A DNA stretch of 37,321 bases from Patescibacteria group bacterium (GCA_028865335.1 JAGWKK010000003.1:1-37321); one strand, 5' to 3'. Positions 24,503 to 33,443 are shown, numbered from the stretch's first letter. The notes: generated by a model from the sequence alone, not told the origin. Numbers and translations: made by a program.

Positions 24503-26293
24503 TTATTCCTCATCGGAGCCGTCATCCGGTCCATTCTCTTCAGCCTGCGCACTGAGCGATTTCTCAAGCGCCGCGCGGAGATCGTTGATGTCCACTTTCT
24601 TTTTGACGGGCGGAGCGGGTTTCGCGGGAGCCGGCTTGGGCTCCTCGGGTTTCAATGCACTGCGCAGATCGACTTCTACTGCCGGTCGAGGAGCGCGGAC
24701 TTCCTGCACGCGCGGAGATTCGGTGACGCGGGGAGACGCGGGGCGCGGAGCGGATGGAGCCTGCTGCGGAGGTGTCTGCGGACGCAGCGGCCGGAATCCG
24801 TCGGAAACCGGAGGCTGGTCCTGGCGTTCGCCGTGCCGGTATTCAATTTTCTGCTCGCGTCGCGGCTCACGGCGAAAATCACGGCGCATGTCTTTTACGC
24901 CGTCTCGCGAAGCGGAATCCACTTTCGGCTTCAAGACCGCCGCCAGCGGCTGCTCAGCTCTCCGGGGAGGCCTGTCGTTCGCCGCCGGTTCCGCGCCGGT
25001 GGAAAGCCACTCGGTCGCGATCTTCTCCTCTACCGCCTCTTTCGGAGTCCCGAAAACCCGGCGGCTGTTTTCAATGATCACGTCCGTATACAGATGCTCG
25101 CCGCGCAGATACGGCGGAATGCTCGAAGCCGAAAACGGCCGCGAAGAAATGCCGTCAATCAGCAGCTTGGTATAGAAATTGTACTTCGGGAGATTGACGA
25201 AGTCATTCGCCATGAAATCGGGCTGGAATTCCTTTTCCAGGAATTCGGCGTCTTCCGCGCCGACACGGAACACCACCATCGTGCCGACGTTGCCGAAAAT
25301 GGCATCGCGCACCCGGGTATTGGTGTCGTGCGTGAGCTGGCCGATATACTGATGCGCGACGATCAGGCAGAGGTGGTATTTGCGCGCCTCGGAAAGGATG
25401 TTCGCGAACGAATCGGTGGCGAAGTTCTGGAACTCGTCGACATACAGATAGAAATCGCGCCGGTCCTTTTCGGGCATGTCCACGCGCGACATCGCGGCGA
25501 GCTGCAGCTTGGTGATCATCATCGCGCCGAGCAGCGCCGAATTGTCTTCGCCGATCTTTCCTTTGGACAGGTTCACGATCAGGATCTTCCCCTCATCCAT
25601 AACCTTGCGCGGATCGATGGACGAATGCGCCTGGCCGAGAATGTTGCGGATCAGCGGATTCGTGACGAATTGGCCGACTTTGTTCTGGATGGCGGCCGTC
25701 GCTTCGGTCTGGAATTTCTCGTTCCACTTCCCGAATTCGTTGATCCAGAATCCTTTCACCACCGGATCGTTCAGGTTGGAGACGACGATTTTGCGGTACT
25801 TGGCGTCATTCAGCATGCGCATGATGCCGAGCAGCGTGGAATCCGGGGACTCCAGCAGCGCGAGCAGCGTGTTGTTCAGGATGTATTCCATACGGCCGGA
25901 CCATGCGTCCACCCAGATCTTCTTGAACACGCCCATGATACCCGAAGCGACCAGGTGCCGGAACTCCGGATTGACCTGTTCCAACGGATTGAACGCCACC
26001 GGGAATTTGGTATCGGACGGATTGAAATAGATCACGTCATTGATGCGCTCCTCGGGGACGTAGTCCAGGATTTTTTCGGCGAATTCACCGTGCGGATCGA
26101 TGACCGCAACGCCGTTGCCGGCGCGCACGTCGGCGATCACCATGTTCTCCAGCAGGTTTGATTTACCCATACCCGTCTTTCCGACCACGTACATGTGGCG
26201 GCGGCGGTCATCCACCTTGATGCCGAACTCCTTCCGCTGATTGCGGAAATTGATGATGCCAAACGGCGTAATGTCCTGATTTTCAAGTCCCAT
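24503..26293 (-). CDS. VirD4/TraD/HerA-like P-loop ATPase with a disordered C-terminal tail
   Basis: DRRRHMYVVGKTGMGKS (Walker A), IDPHGE, YLYVDEFQNF (Walker B), LSEARKY, AHQYIGQL. Confidence 0.88.
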   Translation of the reverse strand: MGLENQDITPFGIINFRNQRKEFGIKVDDRRRHMYVVGKTGMGKSNLLENMVIADVRAGNGVAVIDPHGEFAEKILDYVPEERINDVIYFNPSDTKFPVAFNPLEQVNPEFRHLVASGIMGVFKKIWVDAWSGRMEYILNNTLLALLESPDSTLLGIMRMLNDAKYRKIVVSNLNDPVVKGFWINEFGKWNEKFQTEATAAIQNKVGQFVTNPLIRNILGQAHSSIDPRKVMDEGKILIVNLSKGKIGEDNSALLGAMMITKLQLAAMSRVDMPEKDRRDFYLYVDEFQNFATDSFANILSEARKYHLCLIVAHQYIGQLTHDTNTRVRDAIFGNVGTMVVFRVGAEDAEFLEKEFQPDFMANDFVNLPKYNFYTKLLIDGISSRPFSASSIPPYLRGEHLYTDVIIENSRRVFGTPKEAVEEKIATEWLSTGAEPAANDRPPRRAEQPLAAVLKPKVDSASRDGVKDMRRDFRREPRREQKIEYRHGERQDQPPVSDGFRPLRPQTPPQQAPSAPRPASPRVTESPRVQEVRAPRPAVEVDLRSALKPEEPKPAPAKPAPPVKKKVDINDLRAALEKSLSAQAEENGPDDGSDEE

Positions 26294-26344
26294 AGGAAAA
26301 AGCTAGGAAGTTAAAGTTAAAAGGCTAAATCGAAAATATGCCGG

Positions 26345-27634
26345 CTATACCAACGGAATATTGGACGGCGGTTCGCCCTTGCGCGTTTCCAAGCGGCGCA
26401 GCAGCGGAGACTCCACCGTGACCAACGGGAAGTGGAAGATCGTCGCGAGTTCTTCGGTATTCAAAATTGACGCGCTCGGCGGGAACCAGCGCAGCCGGTA
26501 CCGGTCGTAGATCGCGCGCTTGCGGACATGGATCTTCTGCTTGCGGAACCAGCTCTTCGTCGTCAGCTTTTTGGACGTCACCAGCGTCATCGTATCCCCC
26601 AGCGGACGGAAGCTGTTCATGTCCTGCGTGTTGAACTGCTTGAACGCTCCGTTGACCGCGGCGACGTTTGCCGGCGTAAAACTTTCCGCATGATCGATAT
26701 AGACGAACCGGACCGCGGACTCGAAGCCCAGCTTGGAAATCTTGCGTTCCACCGCTTCCAGAATATTCTTTTCGCCCGGCGAAAGATTGACCATCTTGAG
26801 GCCCTCTTCCTTTTTCGGAGCACCGCCCCATGCCGGATATTGGCGCGGCGCGGAAACCAGGTTCAGCACAAACTCCCGCAGGCCGCTGACCAGCGCCTCC
26901 AGTCCTTTTTTCTCGGCGACCTTCTTGCGCTGCATGATCTTGTCGCGGAGCGCTTCGCCCTCGGCCTTCCACTTATCGGAAACCGGCTTGATCAGGTACT
27001 GCAGCCAGATCGCCTCGCCTTCTTTCAGGCGGGACATGACTTCGGTGATCGCCGCGATCGGATCCAGGCGCTGTTCATCCACGTTCGCCTCGAAGAATTC
27101 ATAGGTCTTGATCGGATACGCGTTCGGCTTCGCCAGCACGAAATCGCTCCCCCAGAGATCATAGGATTGGTTCGGCAGGACTTCGGGCATCAGATCCGTA
27201 TAATCCTCGGCTTCGGAGATTTCGGCGTCCGGATATTCGGAATAGATCGCCGATTCGATGAGATTGCGGTGCGGCTTCGCGCAGCGGACGAAAAAATGCA
27301 CTCCGCCGCCGTAACCGATCAGCTCGAAGGTGAACCACAGCAGATCCGATCCCTTGAAATACTTGTCTTCAAAGCCGGGGTCGGACGCGTACACCGCGTG
27401 CAGCGTGGAAAAGATATTCTCCATCGCTTTCGGCGTCTTCAGGATGTTCCGCGGGATCTTGATTTCGAGCAGAACCCACGGAATGCTCAGCTTCCACAGG
27501 CGGTTTTTCCCCCATACCCAAAAATCCCTCCAAATGAAAAAGAGGGCTGCGGGAACGACGATCCACCAGCTCACACTGAACACCCGCGCAATCGATTGCG
27601 CAATGCCCAACGCGACGCTATTCCAGTCCACCAT
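26345..27634 (-). CDS. Membrane-anchored partner of the adjacent ATPase
   Basis: N-terminal TM, LLEIKIPR...PKAME, SEYPDAEI, YPIKTY, LNTEELATIFHFP; recalled as a recurrent CPR family. Confidence 0.8.
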   Translation of the reverse strand: MVDWNSVALGIAQSIARVFSVSWWIVVPAALFFIWRDFWVWGKNRLWKLSIPWVLLEIKIPRNILKTPKAMENIFSTLHAVYASDPGFEDKYFKGSDLLWFTFELIGYGGGVHFFVRCAKPHRNLIESAIYSEYPDAEISEAEDYTDLMPEVLPNQSYDLWGSDFVLAKPNAYPIKTYEFFEANVDEQRLDPIAAITEVMSRLKEGEAIWLQYLIKPVSDKWKAEGEALRDKIMQRKKVAEKKGLEALVSGLREFVLNLVSAPRQYPAWGGAPKKEEGLKMVNLSPGEKNILEAVERKISKLGFESAVRFVYIDHAESFTPANVAAVNGAFKQFNTQDMNSFRPLGDTMTLVTSKKLTTKSWFRKQKIHVRKRAIYDRYRLRWFPPSASILNTEELATIFHFPLVTVESPLLRRLETRKGEPPSNIPLV

Positions 27635-27772
27635 ATCAGGTAGTAGAAATTCGAGCGCTACGCGTTTCGAATTTGGCGATTAATAGTAGTCATCATGTTC
27701 AGGACATATGTCAGCCGAAGCAACGTTAATGAATACCGGCGGAAACCACTCGAATTTTCACTACCTGACATA
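27632..27772 (-). mobile_element. TATG-flanked structured element at the start codon of 26345..27634
   Basis: Minus strand TATG|TCAGGTAGTGAAAATTCGAGTG...CGCTCGAATTTCTACTACCTGA|TATG, 133 bp. Confidence 0.65.
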
Positions 27773-27839
27773 TATGTTTATTCTAGAACAATTAGTTAAA
27801 AGAACAAAAAAGGACCTACCCGAAAACGCACCCGAGAAA

Positions 27840-28886
27840 CTAGGCAAGATTCACCGTGTAGCGACCGTCATCCATGCGGGTGAAGTGCTTCCGATTGCGG
27901 AGATTGATCAGAACCGTGTTCCGCTTGAGCAGGCGCTCATTGGAAACAAGCTTCAAAAGCTCCTCCGGATTGAGCGGCCCGTGATCTTTCAGGATGCGCG
28001 CCATGACTTCGCGCGCCGTTCCCGGCATCGCGCCGGATTCACGGAGAGAATACAGCCCGCGGCCTACGAGCACGAAGCGCTCGTCTTTGATCAGTTCGTT
28101 GTGCACGGTCTGCATGTGCGCCGCCTTCTTGGAATCCTTGCGGACTTTGTTGATCATATCCGCGATATCCGCGAAATGGATCGGCTGGGTGTTCTTCTTG
28201 AGCACCAGATACGCCCAGTCACGGACGGTCTTCGGATTGACTTCCGGCCAATGCGCAAGGCCGAAATCGCCGAACGTGTTGACGTGGAAATGCTTGGAAG
28301 CGGAAATATAGTTGAGGGCGATGAGATCCTTCAGATTGTGCGGCTTCGCCACTTCGGCGAACACCTCGTCGATGTTCTGATGGGAAACGATCTTGTCGCG
28401 CTTGCCCTCCATCGTCTTCACGAGGCGGGAAAGGAATGCCTGGGCTTTCTTGCGGTCCTCTTCGGCCAGATACCAGATCGCGAACAGATTCGTATCCTCC
28501 GGCAGGAACTTCATCTCGCCCGAAACATCGAGCAGGAAATGGACTTTGTTGCCGAAATTCGCGACATTCGCGTCAGTGACCATCAGCTTCAGATCAGCGA
28601 GAAGCAGGTCTTCCCGGCGAAGTCCGCCCATGTTCTTGAGGTGCGTTTTCACCATGTCCACCAGCTGCGCCGCCTCCCCTTTCTTCATGAGGGGCTTCAG
28701 GGACTGCAAAGCACCCGCCTCAATCTGGCGGATACGCTCACGCGTGACATCCATGGACTCCCCGATTTCGGCGAGGGTCTTCGGACTGCCGTCCTTGATG
28801 CCGTAGCGACCTTCAATAACGGTCCGCTGGCGGGCATCGAGATTAGTGAGTAATTGGCTGACAAGCTTTCCGACGCTGATATTCAT
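27840..28886 (-). CDS. Sigma70 region-4 HTH fused to a HARE-HTH/winged-helix region
   Basis: RYG...TLAEIG...[10 protein letters not shown] at the N-terminus; DWAYLVLK...IHFADI...TVHNELIKDERFVLVGRGLYSL later; no sigma region 2. Confidence 0.8.
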   Translation of the reverse strand: MNISVGKLVSQLLTNLDARQRTVIEGRYGIKDGSPKTLAEIGESMDVTRERIRQIEAGALQSLKPLMKKGEAAQLVDMVKTHLKNMGGLRREDLLLADLKLMVTDANVANFGNKVHFLLDVSGEMKFLPEDTNLFAIWYLAEEDRKKAQAFLSRLVKTMEGKRDKIVSHQNIDEVFAEVAKPHNLKDLIALNYISASKHFHVNTFGDFGLAHWPEVNPKTVRDWAYLVLKKNTQPIHFADIADMINKVRKDSKKAAHMQTVHNELIKDERFVLVGRGLYSLRESGAMPGTAREVMARILKDHGPLNPEELLKLVSNERLLKRNTVLINLRNRKHFTRMDDGRYTVNLA

Positions 28887-28904
28887 AATATTTATTATAG
28901 GGAT

Positions 28905-28933
28905 AGTATATCACTTTCTGTTCTTTGGGTCAA
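28905..28933 (-). promoter_or_regulatory. Sigma70-type promoter, proximal
   Basis: TTGACC-N17-TATACT with extended TG. Confidence 0.75.
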
Positions 28934-28991
28934 CCCCCCTCCACTACGGAGGCCGTTTCCTGCGATACACTGCTCTTTTTTAATTGTTTAT

Positions 28992-29020
28992 ATAATATCA
29001 CAGTTCGATTTTAAGGTCAA
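28992..29020 (-). promoter_or_regulatory. Sigma70-type promoter, distal
   Basis: TTGACC-N17-TATTAT with extended TG. Confidence 0.7.
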
Positions 29021-29221
29021 CCCCACACATACTGAAGACCATATGGGTTACGAAATCTATAGATTTCGCAGTCTTCGGTATGTGTGGGGGTCAACCCCGC
29101 ACCTTTTGTGGAGTGATTATCTAATCTGAGGAATTTCAAATGGAGGAACTTCCTTCAATGTATGTCAATATAGGCCGCGTAATAGGATTCGGCCCTGCTC
29201 CACAAAAGGTGCGGGGTCAAC
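29016..29221. mobile_element. Tandem pair of GTCAAC-flanked hairpin elements
   Basis: GTCAAC at 29016, 29090 and 29216; 19-bp IRs at 29021-29039/29071-29089 and 29095-29113/29198-29216. Confidence 0.65.
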
Positions 29222-29241
29222 TCCCCCGGGGACTCTGGAGC

Positions 29242-29284
29242 AAAAAAACAGCCCCACACTTACGTATAAGTGTGGGGCTGTTTT
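29242..29284 (-). terminator. Terminator after secF
   Basis: AAAACAGCCCCACACTTA-CGTA-TAAGTGTGGGGCTGTTTT. Confidence 0.8.
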
Positions 29285-29287
29285 CCG

Positions 29288-30178
29288 CTATTTGCTCTTG
29301 GATCGGTGGAAGAATGTCAGCATCGGACTCGCTACGAAGATGGACGAGTACGTACCTACGATGGTTCCCACCAGGATCATCAGCGTGAACCAGCTCAGGG
29401 AGGTGGCACCGAAGAGATACATGGCGATCAATACGAGAAAGAGCGTCAAGGAGGTGTTCACCGAGCGGGCGAAGGTCTGCCTCACGCTGGCGTTGATGAT
29501 CGGGCCGAGGTTCTCCTTATTCTTGGAAAGCAGCAGGTTCTCGCGGATGCGGTCGAAGACGACGATCGTATCATGGACCGAGAATCCCATGACCACCAGC
29601 AGCGCGACGATGAAGTTCGTATCGATCTCCACGCCGAATTTCCAGCCCCAGAACGCGAAGGCGCCGGCCGGAATCAAAGCGTCATGGAACAGGGTGATCA
29701 GGGTCGCCACGCCGTATTTCCAGGAACTGACCGGATAGGAAACTTTGCGGAACGCGAACGCCACATATAATGAAATGCCGAGCAGCACCAGCACGAACGC
29801 GATCAATGCGTTATTGCGCAGCTCGGATCCGATCGCCGGACCGATGCTCGCAAAGCTCATTTCCTGGAAGGAGCCGAACTGCTGATTCATCTGCGTCGCG
29901 ATGCTGGTGTGCAGGTCTTCGGTCATTTCCTTCGCGCGGATGGAAACCTCATTCGCTGTCGCGCCGGTGCGGACTGTGACATCCTGGGCGCCCTGGCTGG
30001 CCAGAAAACTCTGCAGGGAGTTCATATCCACCGGTTGCGTAAACTGAACCTGCCAGAGCGTGCCGCCGGCGAAATCGATCCCCTGTTTGTAACCGAAGCC
30101 GATCATGGAAGCGACTGCCGCGACCGTCAGGACCGTGGAGAGGCCGATGAAAACGAATTTGTATTTGATGACGTCCAT
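29288..30178 (-). CDS. secF: Protein translocase subunit SecF
   Basis: GIDFAGG, IGPAIGSEL, LFHD, GFSVHDTIVVFDRIREN, RSVNTS, GTYSSIFVA. Confidence 0.96.
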   Translation of the reverse strand: MDVIKYKFVFIGLSTVLTVAAVASMIGFGYKQGIDFAGGTLWQVQFTQPVDMNSLQSFLASQGAQDVTVRTGATANEVSIRAKEMTEDLHTSIATQMNQQFGSFQEMSFASIGPAIGSELRNNALIAFVLVLLGISLYVAFAFRKVSYPVSSWKYGVATLITLFHDALIPAGAFAFWGWKFGVEIDTNFIVALLVVMGFSVHDTIVVFDRIRENLLLSKNKENLGPIINASVRQTFARSVNTSLTLFLVLIAMYLFGATSLSWFTLMILVGTIVGTYSSIFVASPMLTFFHRSKSK

Positions 30179-30182
30179 AATG

Positions 30183-31460
30183 TTATTTGTCCTCTTTAGG
30201 TTTCGGATTCCTCATAAAGACCTTCAACAGCGTCCGGGTCACCGTGATGGCGCTGAACATACTGATCACGACACCCATCAACAGGGTCAGAGCGAAACCT
30301 TTGACGAAGCTGGAGGTGAAGTAGAACAGGATGATGGAAGTCAGGATGGTCGTGAAGTTCGAATCGCGGATGGATGTCCAGGCGCGTTCAAAGCCCGCGT
30401 CGATAGCCGCCATCTTCGGCAATCCCCGCTTCAATTCCTCCTTCGTACGCTCAAAGATAAGCACGTTCGCGTCCACAGCCATGCCGATGGAAAGGATGAA
30501 ACCGGCGATACCGGCAAGTGACATCGTCACCGAGAACAGCTTGAACGCCGCCATCGCGAACACGATATACATCGCCAACGCGATCACCGCGAAGATGCCG
30601 AGTACATGATAGTAGAGAACCATGAAAAGCATGACCGCGAGCGTTCCCCAGAGGCCCGCCTGCAGCATCTTATTGAAAGAGTCCTGGCCGAGCGCCGCGC
30701 CGATGGTCTGCTGGTTCACCAGCGTGATCGGAGCCGGCAACGCGCCTGCGTTGAACCGCTGTACGAGCTGCTGCGCTTCCTGCAACGTGAAGTTGCCGGT
30801 GATCTGCGCCTTACCGCTTGTGATCGCCTCCCGGACCGTCGGGGCGGTCAACAGGTTACCGTCCAGAAAGATGGCAAGCGGCTTGCCCACGTTGCGCTGG
30901 GTGATGTCGCTGAAAAGTTTGGCGCCGTCGCCCGTGAATTCAAGCGCGATCTGCGGCGCATTGGTCACGCTGTCGAACGTCAGCTGTGCGTCCTTCACGT
31001 AGCGGCCGTTCAATTCGGTCGGCTTGAAGCGGACTCCTATATCGGTTGTCGTCGCCTGTGCTGACGGCGCGGCGGAATCATCCACTTCGCCGAACATCAG
31101 GAACGGCGTTTCGCCGATCAGCTGGATCGCCTGATGCACATCTTTCACGCCGGCAAGTTCCACCAATAAGCGATAGGAATCGCCCGTGCGCAGCGTCACC
31201 ACATTCGGTTCGCTGACGCCGAAAAGGTTCACGCGTTTTTCAATGACATCGCGCAATCCTGCCATGACCGAATCACGATCCGTGACCGCGACGTTGGTCA
31301 TATCCACCTGATAGATCAGCTGAGTGCCGCCCACCAGATCGAGGCCCAATTTCCACGGCAGATAGGTCTTCGCGAAGTTCCCCTGCGGATAGACAAAAAC
31401 CCCGCACACTACCGCGAGAAGGACTGTTGCCGCCAAAAGCATTGCATATTTCGCACGCAT
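30183..31460 (-). CDS. secD: Protein translocase subunit SecD
   Basis: LGLDLVGG, RVNLFGVSEP, GALPAP, IGMAVDANVLIFER, IRDSN, VKGFA. Confidence 0.96.
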   Translation of the reverse strand: MRAKYAMLLAATVLLAVVCGVFVYPQGNFAKTYLPWKLGLDLVGGTQLIYQVDMTNVAVTDRDSVMAGLRDVIEKRVNLFGVSEPNVVTLRTGDSYRLLVELAGVKDVHQAIQLIGETPFLMFGEVDDSAAPSAQATTTDIGVRFKPTELNGRYVKDAQLTFDSVTNAPQIALEFTGDGAKLFSDITQRNVGKPLAIFLDGNLLTAPTVREAITSGKAQITGNFTLQEAQQLVQRFNAGALPAPITLVNQQTIGAALGQDSFNKMLQAGLWGTLAVMLFMVLYYHVLGIFAVIALAMYIVFAMAAFKLFSVTMSLAGIAGFILSIGMAVDANVLIFERTKEELKRGLPKMAAIDAGFERAWTSIRDSNFTTILTSIILFYFTSSFVKGFALTLLMGVVISMFSAITVTRTLLKVFMRNPKPKEDK

Positions 31461-31488
31461 GAAATCTATACTACTCTTTCTTTAAAAA

Positions 31489-32127
31489 TTATTCAACCGT
31501 CACGCTCCGGATAACCGCATCCACCGTCGGATGGTCGTTCTGGTTGCGCGGCAAGTTCACGATCTGATCGACGACATCCATGCCGCTCAGCACGTGTCCG
31601 AAGATCGTATAATTGTGCGGCAGCGCCTGATCAGCCTGCATGATGAAGAACTGGCTGCCGTTCGTGTTCGGACCGGCGTTCGCCATCGCGAGCGTCCCGC
31701 GGGTATAGCCCTGCTGATACGACGGCGTCTGCGGATTCAGTTCATCGGCGAATGTATAGCCGGGCCCGCCCATGCCGTCATTGGACCAATCGTTGTCTTT
31801 GCTGTTCGGATCGCCGCCCTGGATCATGAATCCCGGAATCACCCGATGGAACTTGGTACCGTCATAGAATCCTTTCTGCGTCAGCGTCAGGAAATTCTGC
31901 ACCGTCTTCGGCGCATCCTTCGGATAGAGTTCCAACTGAATATTACCGAAGCTGGTCTTCATCAGTATCACCGGATCGCCCGCAATCTGCGGCGTCGCGG
32001 TCGCCACAACTTCCTGCGCCGCCACCGTCGGTGTCGCAGCCGCATGACGCGTCAGATAATACGCTCCGGCGAAAAAGCCGACCAATACCACCGCCACCAC
32101 CAGCCCCCGAATAATGTCTGTAGTCAT
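31489..32127 (-). CDS. Membrane-anchored cyclophilin-type peptidyl-prolyl isomerase
   Basis: APKTVQNF, FHRVIPGFMIQGGDP, LAMANAGPNTNGSQFFI; N-terminal TM; start placed at MTTDII. Confidence 0.92.
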   Translation of the reverse strand: MTTDIIRGLVVAVVLVGFFAGAYYLTRHAAATPTVAAQEVVATATPQIAGDPVILMKTSFGNIQLELYPKDAPKTVQNFLTLTQKGFYDGTKFHRVIPGFMIQGGDPNSKDNDWSNDGMGGPGYTFADELNPQTPSYQQGYTRGTLAMANAGPNTNGSQFFIMQADQALPHNYTIFGHVLSGMDVVDQIVNLPRNQNDHPTVDAVIRSVTVE

Positions 32128-32277
32128 ACCACGTAGTGAATCTGCGGGGTGTATCCGCAGCATTTAATGTTTATATTTAAATTTCTTAAACTTCTTCGTT
32201 ATAGCCAAACTTGGCATCGCCTGATAGTTTCACTGCGGATACATTAAATGCCAACCGCAGATCTACTACATGGCATA
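32125..32277 (-). mobile_element. TATG-flanked structured element at the cyclophilin start codon
   Basis: Minus strand TATG|CCATGTAGTAGATCTGCGG...CCGCAGATTCACTACGTGG|TATG, 145 bp; ends alignable with the rpmB element. Confidence 0.7.
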
Positions 32278-32320
32278 TAAAAATAAAAATAACTCCTCGG
32301 CGGAGTTATTGCAAGTGCGA

Positions 32321-32731
32321 TTATTCTTTGGGCGGCTCTTCTGATCTCTTGCCGATATCATTGATGAGGCTGTTGCCCGATATCTGCGCGAGAAGGTAAC
32401 CCTTGATTGCGACAACAACCCTCCTTTCCACGCCATCCTTGCCGTCCCAGTCAAATGCGGTCCCGATAGTCACATACACCTGATATCTGTCCGATTCAAT
32501 GAACTGGACGCCCTCGACTGCATACAGAATCCGCACAAGATCGAATCCGTTAACGACAAGATCGTGTCGTACCGTCATTTCACCTTCGAAGTCTTCCACG
32601 AAAGGCGTTCCCGTGTAATCGTATTTCACAAACCACTTGGAAACGAGCGTGCGGATGCCGAACTCTCTGGTATCAGAGTTCGTACTTGCGGAAACCACAA
32701 TTCGCAATCGGGGATCTCTTTTCTTCGCCAT
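32321..32731 (-). CDS. Nfu/NifU N-terminal-like domain protein
   Basis: STNSDTREF...LVRILYAVEGV...VYVT...FDWD pattern; GAGGTG SD. Confidence 0.55.
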   Translation of the reverse strand: MAKKRDPRLRIVVSASTNSDTREFGIRTLVSKWFVKYDYTGTPFVEDFEGEMTVRHDLVVNGFDLVRILYAVEGVQFIESDRYQVYVTIGTAFDWDGKDGVERRVVVAIKGYLLAQISGNSLINDIGKRSEEPPKE

Positions 32732-32796
32732 GCGGACACCTCATGTGCGATGTTCTATCATCACTATAAGCTTCTCCTCGCCGCAAATGCAATGGC

Positions 32797-33309
32797 CTAT
32801 GCCGCAACTGCGGATTCCATTCCGCGCTCCGCCCGCTGGATATAGCGGTATTCATGCCATACGAGTCCGATCAGAATCACGTCAAAAACGGTCAGCACCA
32901 CCAGGCCGAGCGAGTAGCCGTACGTGAGCCGGTACAACTGATATATAATGAAGCCTGCCAAAAACGCGATGGATGCCGGATACGCCCACATGCGCTTCTG
33001 CAGCAATCCCACCACCAGAAGAATCTTGACCACGCCGTGGGAAAGCAGGTACAGCGACGCGAAGAAATCCAGCTGAGCCGAAGAATGCGCAAGCGCGTCA
33101 TGGATCGCGTTCGCGATCACGTCATGGGGATCCCCCACCAGCTCGTGCTGGGTCAGCACTCCCAGAAGCGTGTTCCCCGACGATCCGAACGACCACAACA
33201 AAACTCCGCCGAGCGTTTCCAAAAAACCGTCGATCCCCTTGATCCATACACCGACATCAAAAACGAGATGGATATATTTCTCCGGAACCCAATCCTCCAG
33301 ATGGCGCAT
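32797..33309 (-). CDS. DUF2127-like membrane protein
   Basis: IKGIDGFLETLGG, QHELVGDPHD, YLLSHGVVK, WAYP, YQLYR. Confidence 0.8.
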   Translation of the reverse strand: MRHLEDWVPEKYIHLVFDVGVWIKGIDGFLETLGGVLLWSFGSSGNTLLGVLTQHELVGDPHDVIANAIHDALAHSSAQLDFFASLYLLSHGVVKILLVVGLLQKRMWAYPASIAFLAGFIIYQLYRLTYGYSLGLVVLTVFDVILIGLVWHEYRYIQRAERGMESAVAA

Positions 33310-33372
33310 ATGTCTTCATAATATCAGAAAAATCTTGCCAATGTGGTAATGTTATAGTATTATCTCAAGATT

Positions 33373-33443
33373 GCCTCCATAGCTTAATGGTAAAGCAGTT
33401 GCCTTTTAAGCAATTGACCTTGGTTCGATTCCAAGTGGAGGCA
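33373..33443 (+). tRNA. tRNA-Lys(TTT)
   Basis: GCCTCCA/TGGAGGC acceptor stem, anticodon loop CT-TTT-AA, GGTTCGATTCC; CCA not encoded; TTGCCA-N17-TATTAT upstream. Confidence 0.93.

Noticed and set aside
29016-29221. CRISPR array interpretation of the GTCAAC-separated units
   Set aside because: The repeat is only 6 bp, the units are long self-complementary hairpins of unequal length, and no cas genes are present.
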